A stretch of 63,185 nucleotides of DNA, filler included, from Basidioascus undulatus (lineage: Eukaryota): NCBI GenBank assembly GCA_000826855.1. It is 8 parts of 8 records of this genome, joined end to end, with 100 filler letters (N's around TTAATTAATTAA, not from the genome) between each part and the next. Parts side by side here need not be neighbours in the genome. Positions count along the whole stretch, not along the records: positions 52,672 to 57,879 come from JTLS01001985.1; positions 57,980 to 63,185 come from JTLS01001986.1; 6 more parts are not named here. One strand, 5' to 3'. The position numbers and the translations under genes are program-made. Shown here piece after piece: positions 54,838-63,185 of the stretch. Under the pieces are notes generated by a model, which did not search any database, had not been told where the DNA came from, and saw nothing but the letters and a program-made list of their open reading frames with translations. Positions within the stretch are counted from its first letter, which is position 1. The number at the start of each line of letters is the position of its first letter.

Positions 54838-57800
54838 ATGACCGCGCCTTCGACGAGCAGTAGCGGAGGGGTTTCTGATGCAGATGTGTACCAGTACGTC
54901 CCCTTGTCTCTGGTATGAGAGGTTCCCGGGGCAGCGAAAGCCTGACTTGTCTTCCGGCAGGTACACCCTTCGCGTTGCCTACCTCTCCCACCTACTCTCT
55001 TCCGCCCGCACACCCCTCGCATCATCCTCTGCCGCGTCCGCCACCAGTCCCTCTCCCAAGCCCAGCCGAACCTCCTTCTTCCACCACTCTTCCCCAACGC
55101 CAACGGACGCCTTCCCCAAAGAGCTCCTGAAGCCTCTCCTCGCGCGTCTTCGACCGATAGCGGCCCGGAAAGACGCGCTCTACGCCGACGCGCGTCTCTC
55201 CTGCACCGTCGCGTCCCTCCTGTCCACTCTCGATGAGTCTTCGCAGAGGTACAAGGCACTCAAGAAGACGCGCAAGCCGGCCGAGCTCGTCGCGCTCTTC
55301 CGCTCGGCCATACTCCCGGTCGTCCGAAGTCGCCGCTCCAACACGGACGGTCCCAACGATTGGCAGGCCGAACTCGACTTGCAGCTCCGCGCGTTTTCGC
55401 AGATTGTGCGAGGCGTGCTGGGCCAGCTCGCAGGCGTCCCGCTTGACGTCGCGGGGCACGTCGAGCTCGAGTTCGAGAAGGCGTTCAAGCAGGCGATGGA
55501 GGGCCAGGCGCTAAGCTCGAAGGGCTTGCACCGCCCGCTGACGACAGCTAGCGAGGCATCCGATTTCGAGGACGGCCTCGAAGGCTCCGCGTCCGGCTGG
55601 GACGGGTCGCCGCTGAAAGAGATGGGCTTGGTCTTGACCGTCGTTCGCCTCTTCGGCCTCTCCGAGTCGCGGGTGCAGAAGGATCTCGCGGCTATCAAGC
55701 ACATCTGCACTGAAGCTGTAAGATATCTTCCTTCTCTCCTGCTTGGGACTTCGACCTGACGCCGTTGCATTTCTAGGCTGCCTTGACTGACCTCAAGGTT
55801 CTCCTCTCGCGCTACGCTACCCCGACCGCTGCGGCCGCTTCCGCGTACGTGTCCGAGGACGCCTATCACAACGCGCGCGCGTCCGAGTCGCAGGCGCTCA
55901 GCCAGCTTCTCAAGCTCAGCCTGTCCTCCGCGTCCGCCGGCGGCGTCAGCCCGAATGTCGGCGAGTTCAGCGTGATGCACCAGAGCGCCCGGGCCAGCGT
56001 AGCGCTCCGCCGGTCTGTCAGTCCGCCAGAACTGAAGGGCCGCCAAAGTGCTGCGATGTCCATGTGCGTATCTGAGTATTGTTTCCGCCTCTCGGGGACG
56101 ATTTGCTCACGATGCAACAATGCGCAACAGCTCCCAGCCGATGCCGTACTCGCCAGTGTCTCTATCTCCCCCTACGCTTCCTTTCGACCCGTTGAGCTCC
56201 GCAATCCCGCGTGAACGGCGCTCCTCCGCTTCCTCGTCCTCTTCTCACTCGACCGCACACTACTCCTCGTCCTCCCCCCGCACCACCACCTCCTCCACCC
56301 TGTCTTCCCCCTTCTTCCCCCCCGCCAACTCGCCCTTCGCCAAGTCCTCCGACGATGTTACGCCGACCGCGTCGCCCGACCCGCCCTCTGCGCCGGAGGA
56401 GCCGGCGCTGACGTACGTCCCACCTGCGAAATACGAGTACTTCTCGCGGCTCCGGGATCTCGCGCTGGACTATGCGGCTGTGGCTGAGCCTGCGACGCCG
56501 CGCACGCCGCGCACCCCCGTCGCCGGCAGAGGCGCCAGCCCAAGCGTGCAGCTCCCGGGTGAGCTGCGCGCGTTGCTGGACGAGTGTGGTGAGCAGGCAG
56601 TGGAGAATAGGCGCTATGCTCGCTGCGTGTGCGAAGCGCGACGAGCCGGTGGGCGGCGGGTGGCTGGAGGCTGCCGTCAAGGCCGCGCGGGAAGCCGAGG
56701 GAGAGCACGCGAAGGAGTGGGAGAAGTGGGATGCTGATGAGGTACGCGGCTTCTTATACCCTTGCTCGATGTGGAGCTGATCGCTGTCCGCAGCGCGACC
56801 TCTACACGACGACCTACGTTGTCCTTGTGCAAAATTTCTCCTCACTCCTTCTCTCCCTTCCGGCCTCGCTCTTCGACCCTTCGGCCCAGCCGCACCAGCC
56901 GAGGGTGTCGCTCATCCACGCGCTCGCAGCCTCGCCGCTCCTCGATGTCGAGCGCGCGGTTGGCCCTCTCCTCGAGCAGCTCGACAGCGAGATTCGATCG
57001 TCGGCCATGACCGCGTGGGCAGAGTGGATCACGGACGTCTTCCAGCCGGAGGTCGAGCCTGTCCACGCGCTGGAGACCCTCGCGGTCCGCTTCGGCGAAG
57101 AGGCTAAGCGGCTGTTGAACTGCTTTTCTGTGCCGATCCTTGGGTGCGTCTTTTACGTATGGGCCTTTCTCCGCCGGCAATATTGAATTTTGACTATCGG
57201 TCGACTTTGCAGTCGCGTCGACCCGGCCGCTTTGGTTCTGCAATCTCTTTTTCCGCTCTACCTTGGCGAGCTCGAGCTTCTCTCCTTCCGGCCCAGACAC
57301 CGACACCCCTTCCAACGCGTCTGCGCTCTCTACCGCGGTGTTCGCGTGCTGGCCACGACATACGCGGGCGTCTTCGGGCCTGATACGCTGCCCTTCACTG
57401 CCGAGTCCTTCTTCGCTGCCTATGTCGAGGACTGGCTCTCCGAGCTCGTGGAGGACAAGGCGCACGAATGGGTCGACGGTGCGATTAAGGTGGACTCGGT
57501 GCGTTCTCCTCATTCCCATCGATGTTCACGAACGCTTAACATAGTCACTGACTGGTCCTCCCAAACCGCAGTTCTTGCCCGAAAGCGACAAAGGCTTCAG
57601 CAGTTCCGTCCTCGATCTGTTCAACTCTTTCGGCGAAGCGATTCAGACGCTGCAGAGCCTCGAGTGGCCCGATCAGCAGGCGGACGCGCGCTTCCGACTG
57701 CAGCTTGCAAAAGTGAGCGCTTTGTCCCTCGAGCGACGTTTCAATCATTGACGCGAACCTCCTTGGCTTGGTAGATCATCTCGACCTCGCTCGACCGCTA

Positions 57801-57879
57801 TGCGACGTCGATCGAGCAGCTTTGGTACACGGAGATGTTCCCCGCCGGCGCTGCGTCATCCTCGCAGGCTTCGACGAGC
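54838..57879 (+). CDS. Munc13-homology (MHD/C2) domain protein, YOR296W/Git1-like, 3' truncated
   Basis: N-terminal DVYQYTLRVAYLSHLL, QKDLAAIKHICTEAAALTDLK, LTYVPP, WVDGAIKVD...FSSSVLDLF; motifs recalled for this fungal family. Confidence 0.75.
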
Positions 57880-59687
57880 NNNNNNNNNNNNNNNNNNNNN
57901 NNNNNNNNNNNNNNNNNNNNNNNTTAATTAATTAANNNNNNNNNNNNNNNNNNNNNNNNNNNNNNNNNNNNNNNNNNNNGGGGGGGGGGGGGGGAGCACC
58001 AGCGCGCCATAACGTGCGCGGGACGAGTGTGGCCGAACCGCCTCCGGAGCCCAGCGTTGCCGGTGCGGGGAGGACTAAGGGCGGCCACGAACGCGTCGTA
58101 CTGAGCAAGGTAGCCTTGATGGATGCTCACTAACCGTCGCTCGGGCGGGGGCGTCCCCCGCTGCTTCGGTGATCTGTAAGCCGAGGCCGTCGCGACAGAA
58201 GGAAAGCAACAGGGTTGACTCACTGAGAGTCGAGGATCATGTCGCCCACCTGACTCGGGAGATGGTGCGTGTATCGCCTTCGGATTCTGGCTCCCCAGCC
58301 GCCTTGCCCTTGGAGTGGAGGCTGACCGCGACGAAGTGTAGTGTGTCTGCGCACTCGATAGCGAGGCATGCAGGGACAAAAGTATCGATCGAGCGACAAT
58401 GAGCGATCGAAAAGGAAGCATGATGACTTTGTGTGAGACTGGAGAAGGCGGCGCAACTGGACCACCAGCTTGGGGATGGTGGTGAGAAGAAGAAGAGAAG
58501 GACGGTGAGGGAAGTCGGCTTGACAGCTCTCATGTTAGTCGGGAGAGCCCCAGATACGAGTACGAGAGCGAGCATGCCCGGCCGACAAACCTAGGCTTCG
58601 TATTCAAGAGACTCTAGGTTTAATCCACCACTCCTTTTAATCACACATGTATGCAGTGGCCGGGCCCTGCCACTGGCGGCAGTCACAAGCCCTCCGGAAG
58701 CATCTGCGTGCATATGCATGACCGGAACCGATGGCAGCGCAGCTTGGGACTTGGAGCGCTCACAGGTCAGGAGAGTTATAAGTTTCGTTTATAAAATCTA
58801 TCAAAAAATCTAGATCTGATGCTAACTGCATTGAAATATCGCTTCTGCGTCGAAAGAGCATGGACTGTTCGATAGTGCCCGCTTCACGACGACTTCGACA
58901 TATGCACCTTGCACCACCCTCGTGCCTTTTGTATTACCATTTCCCGAGACGTTGGAGCCGAGTGGACTCTGTTGTCCCTTCTTATCATCTTTGTCCAGGC
59001 CGCGCTGTCCCTGAAGGTTCCCTCCTTCTTCGTGGACTTTGCGGCGCAGTTTGGTAGGTCCCAAGGCTAGTGACACTCGTCAACAGAAGGCGGTGAAAGC
59101 GACTGTGAGTGGCTGTGCATCGTTCGCCTGAATCCGACGAAGCATGATAGGATCTTGTTCAGCTTCTATCAATCAACCAGGGTAATTCAATTGGAGAATC
59201 TAAATTTCAAGAAGCAGCTTTTCATCATACGGAACCAATTGCCTCGTCCCCCTGCGCTGCCAATCGAAATTTCAGTCCACCGGCTCCTGCGCGGTGTCTC
59301 TTTATGCAGCAAGTCCAGCGCCCCCCAATACCGCATGATTCCCATGTACCTGGCCCAAAATTATTTCAAGAGCCGATTCCGGGACAAAGCCTTAAAAGAT
59401 ATATAAGAACCCACACTTAAGCACCACAAATAAAATAAAAACTCATTATCCTTACTTAAAGGCTTTCAATATCCCATACAAAGATATTTATAGTGTTTAA
59501 AATCTTCCCAATCTTATCTTATGCTCATCCATCAGCATAGGGTGCTACACATCCTACTCACGTCTAAACAACCAAAACATCTTGCTTTCTCGTGGCTTGC
59601 CAGGAATCGGTCTCGTCTTTCAGGTTCTCGCGGATGCCGATATACAAAAGCAGCTTTAGTGATTGAATTAAATGTGTCGATCTCGTT

Positions 59688-60735
59688 TCATTTCAACAGG
59701 CCCAAGAAGCTCCTGCCCCGCCCGAGCAGCCCTCTTTCAGTCCACCGGCTCCTGCTCAACGTCGGGCCTGTGTCCCGCGCTCCCACCGCCCTCACTCCCC
59801 CCGGCACCGTACAGCTTCTGGTGAATAAATCCCAAGTACTGTTCAGCCCACCCTGAGCGACCCAAGCCTCCGCAATTGAGCCCGCCTGCTTGATCAGCAG
59901 AGGGGTGTGGTGCGGCTGGCGTGTCGGGATGTCTTTGTACCAGTCGTTGGGCTTCATGCCGGTCATGGCTTCCGTCCCCTTCTGCACCGTGCACATCTCC
60001 GGGTACAGCTTCCACATGTCCCGCCCGCCGGAGCGGAGCGCGCAGATGATCTGTGCCTGCGATGTGTGAAGCGGGGCGGCGCGCGATGAGCCGCGAGAGG
60101 ATGGCGATTTGCTCGAGGACGCGGTTGCGCGATTGGAGGTTGTTCATGCTGTCGGGAAAGAAAGACATGTCAGGCATGTTGTCCCTTTGTACTCTGAGAA
60201 TGAAACATGCGACTGGCGTGCCCGGGTCCTTCAGCAACTCCATCTCATCCCACTGCATAGCCCGCTCGAAGGCAGCGGCCGCGTTCGATACGAGCTTGAT
60301 GCAACGCTTCACGTCCTCGTTGAGCAGGCCGGGAATCTTTCCGTTCGCGTCGATATCGAACTGGAAGGCGAGCTCGGCAAGCGCAGTGCGCGTCTTGAAC
60401 GCGTTGTTCGCCCGCTCGAGCTCGGCGAGGAAGAGCTTCATGCACGAGGCGTACAGCATCGGGACGCCCTTCGGGAACTCATAGATCTGGCCCGGAAATG
60501 TGTAAAAGAATGTGTGCTCAGCCCAGTTTTTGAAGAGGTGTACGCGACGGGCGTGATGTTCAGCGCCATGCCCCCGTCCGACTTCCAGCAGAACATGCCG
60601 TCGTCAAAGGACCTGTGTCAGGACCTCCCGGGTATTATAGTTGATATATGTCGCGCTGGACAGCAGCGCAATGTCGTCGGGCTGGTGGCGTGGAGGAATG
60701 GGGCGCGGCAGACGAGGCAGGTGTACGAAGACATG
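59688..60735 (-). pseudogene. intronless decayed ORF with N-terminal Cys cluster, unknown family
   Basis: MSSYTCLVCRAPF...RCCPARH, in-frame TGA, then FDDGMFCWKSDGG, frameshift to NWAEHTFFYTFPGQIYEFPKGVPMLYASC..., further frameshift to DMWKLYPEMCTVQKG; GC3-rich codon usage throughout. Confidence 0.55.
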
Positions 60736-60899
60736 GTGGAGCGTCTGGAGGTGGCTATCAGCTGAAAGAGACATGTTCTTACCGCAAGGCCGAGTTGATG
60801 ATGGTCGGAAGCCAAATCACCCTCAGCTTGCCCGCGAGGCCAATCCGTTCTCCACAGCCTCAGCTGCGCAAAGGCAGATGCGGTCCGTGAGGTCCAACG

Positions 60900-61288
60900 T
60901 CATGGGAGGCCTCCAGCCCGCCCGGTGCCTTGTCCCCCCGCTTATCGACTATTCTGGCGACACGCCGCGCATTCCGGGGCCCTTCAAGCACTCAGAGAGG
61001 AACGAGTTCGTAGTCTGCCACTGCAACCTCTCTGAGGAGAGCGTGTTGGTCGACCCCTACACCTTCAAGGTGAAGGCCATCCTGGACTGGCAGTATGCCG
61101 GCTTTTACCCCAAGGACTTCGAGTGCAACCCTATCACCGAGTACCACAAGCCCCCCGGTGCCCGGATCAGCCACGAGCGGCACGTGGAGTACATGAGAAG
61201 AGTCGTCGAGACGTGGCAGTGTGAGCGTGCGCCGGCGGAGGGGCCCCCGCAAACGGCAGCGGCGGTGCCCCTGTCTGGGCCGCCATGA
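60900..61288 (+). pseudogene. APH/choline-kinase-like phosphotransferase C-terminal fragment
   Basis: FVVCHCNLSEESVLVDPYTFKVKAILDWQYAGFYP resembles HxDLxxxNxxV...IDWExAG, with the catalytic Asp and Asn altered. Confidence 0.7.
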
Positions 61289-61465
61289 GTCCCTAAAACC
61301 GGGCGGTGGGACGGGGGAGGGCGCTGGTGCTGAGGTGCTTCCCTATGCAGCCCGTCGCCGCAGATGAAGTTGGGGCTGCCGTGGGAGCCCCGTTCGGTAG
61401 CAACAGGAGTTGAGCGGCCACTCAGCAGACAGCCACTATGTGCGACACATGGACTGTGAAGGCCC

Positions 61466-62819
61466 GTGCTTGTCCTAAGGAGGCCTAGGCTGACAGGTGT
61501 TACGGGACCCGCCAACGCGACGACGCTTAGGGAACTGACCGAAATCCAGAGTATAGGCAAGCTGGGCTTCAAGGGCAAGCTTCAGCAGGGCGTAGACAAG
61601 GTGCTAGCTACGTCGGACGACCTCATCGCCAATTCTTCGGGAGCTTGGACGTACTAGGCCTCGCAAGGCTATTGGGACTCCGTGGCACTCGCGCTCCGGA
61701 GCAACTACATGCTGCCGCCCGGGTCGCTGGCGCCTCCTAGGTGGTTGATCGACAGATTCTTCCCCTGCCAGGCTGCCAGCTTCGAGGTGCATCAGGTCGG
61801 CCCCGACACGTGTACAGGCCTGGTCTCTACGATGTTGGGCAAGTACATTCTGCGTATCGGCAAAGGTCAGGACGTTGTGAAGCGCACCACCGCCACCGAG
61901 GCCATGATGAGCGTGGCGCGTACCAAAGTGCCTGTCCCTAGGACGATAGACAGCTTCCGTTGGGAGGAGAACGGCGAGCCCTTCTGTGCGGGGGTGGTCT
62001 AATATGTCTACGGCTCCACCCTCGAGAATGAGTGGCAGAAGCTCACCAAGGACGAGAAGCTATCGCACGTCGATCAGGTTGTGGAGCTGCTCGCCTGCCT
62101 CCACACACTGAAAAGTGACAGGCTTTGCTCCTAACGACCCAAGGACCGCGGAGGCCCTGGGTTTCCGCGAAGGTGACTCACGCTACTTCTCGGACACCAG
62201 GGCATGGCTGACGGCTCTCGCTGAGTCATACTGGAGTGGCGAGGCCCCTCCTGCTAAGGTCAGAGAGCAACTGGAGGCCGTCGATGTGCCGGAGCACCCC
62301 TGCGTCCTGTGTCATAACGACATAGAGCCTCGCAATATAATGGTGCGCGATGGCAAGGTGGTGTCTATCATAGACTGGGAGTTTGCCGGCTATCAGCCCT
62401 TTATCTACGAGTGGACAGTGTCCGGTACGGGGCTGGGCATAAACTGCACCAACTACGAGTGGTACGTCATGTTTAGGCAAGCCGCTACGAAGCTTCTTCC
62501 GCGTGAGGACCCGGTCACGGAGCGGCTGATCCTTGACATCTTCAACGGACTCTGGAACACCGTATGGAAGAGGAGGAAGATAGCCAAGTTCCGGCTGGAC
62601 TTCATGGCTAAGCACTGCGTTGTTGAGGGTGACCTGTGGGTGCCCCCCGCTACCGCTGGATCTACAACTGCCGGAAGCTACCAAAGCCTCAACTAGATCA
62701 AGAACTTACCGACCATGACGCTGGCCCACTTCCTCACTTCCCTCGTTGTCCGCAACCGGTGCGGTATCTGCGGTAAGAACTTCTCAGGTTCCTCCAACGT
62801 CTGCACCTGCAACGACTAG
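61466..62819 (+). pseudogene. intronless APH-family phosphotransferase pseudogene with possible C-terminal Cys knuckle
   Basis: TKVPVPRTI, YVYGSTLENEW, VLCHNDIEPRNIMV, VSIIDWEFAGY; in-frame stops ending at 61657, 62002 and 62696, one frameshift near 62112; reading through 62696 gives CGICGKNFSGSSNVCTC*. Confidence 0.8.
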
Positions 62820-63185
62820 CCGGGGGCCGCGGCCTCCACCCAATCACAGCTGTAGCATCCTATTTCTGTTGTACAACCATGTAGCCTCACAGCGTTGAAC
62901 GATCGTACCGGCAACCCCCTACCCGACCATACCCTAGCCCTGCTACATACCATTTTCAAAATTCCGCTCCCCACCTAGCACTCCAGAGAGTCACTCGGGT
63001 CTCTCATTGCCTCCTCGAAGCCATCCTTATCCTTCAGCGTGCCGCACTCCACCGCCCTACATAATGCGCTGACCACGGAAGTGTAGGTGAGCTATGGTCC
63101 TCTCTGCCTGACAGATACCTAGAGACGTGAAGAGGCAGGAACCCCGCGCACTCCCAGTCTATGAGGTACACCTTGGATCCCTTCA

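Noticed and set aside
25979..57979. Regularly spaced palindromic TTAATTAATTAA elements, and gene neighbourhoods that span them
   Set aside because: They are artificial stop-codon linkers between length-sorted contigs. Adjacency across them has no biological meaning, and ORFs ending in X...LIN are artefacts.

Overview
Intron-rich, GC-rich fungal DNA, most consistent with a basidiomycete (Pucciniomycotina-like; inference). It is not one locus. Eight contigs are joined by artificial N44-TTAATTAATTAA-N44 linkers: one of about 26 kb, then seven of about 5.2 kb in descending length. Recognisable genes are complex I 75-kDa subunit (NDUFS1), a head-to-head glycerol kinase and aquaglyceroporin pair, an alpha/beta-hydrolase-fold protein lacking catalytic residues, an alcohol-acetyltransferase-type acyltransferase, an NTF2-like protein, NAF1, a GH5_12 glycolipid beta-glucosidase, a Zn2Cys6 transcription factor, a Munc13/MHD-type protein and four tRNA genes. 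The best finding is largely missed by the ORF track. Contig 26079-31308 carries two divergently oriented, intron-split genes for CAAX-type lipopeptide mating-pheromone precursors (predicted mature NPQYTNPVQC and NPDYTNPVQC). They lie in a roughly 700-bp inverted duplication, and each promoter has two copies of TGAAAGGGA. Two intronless, decayed islands may be remnants of an endogenous DNA virus or large mobile element: one with an orphan TFIIS/RPA12-type zinc ribbon (about 15.4-17.5 kb) and one with APH-type kinase pseudogenes (about 59.1-62.8 kb).
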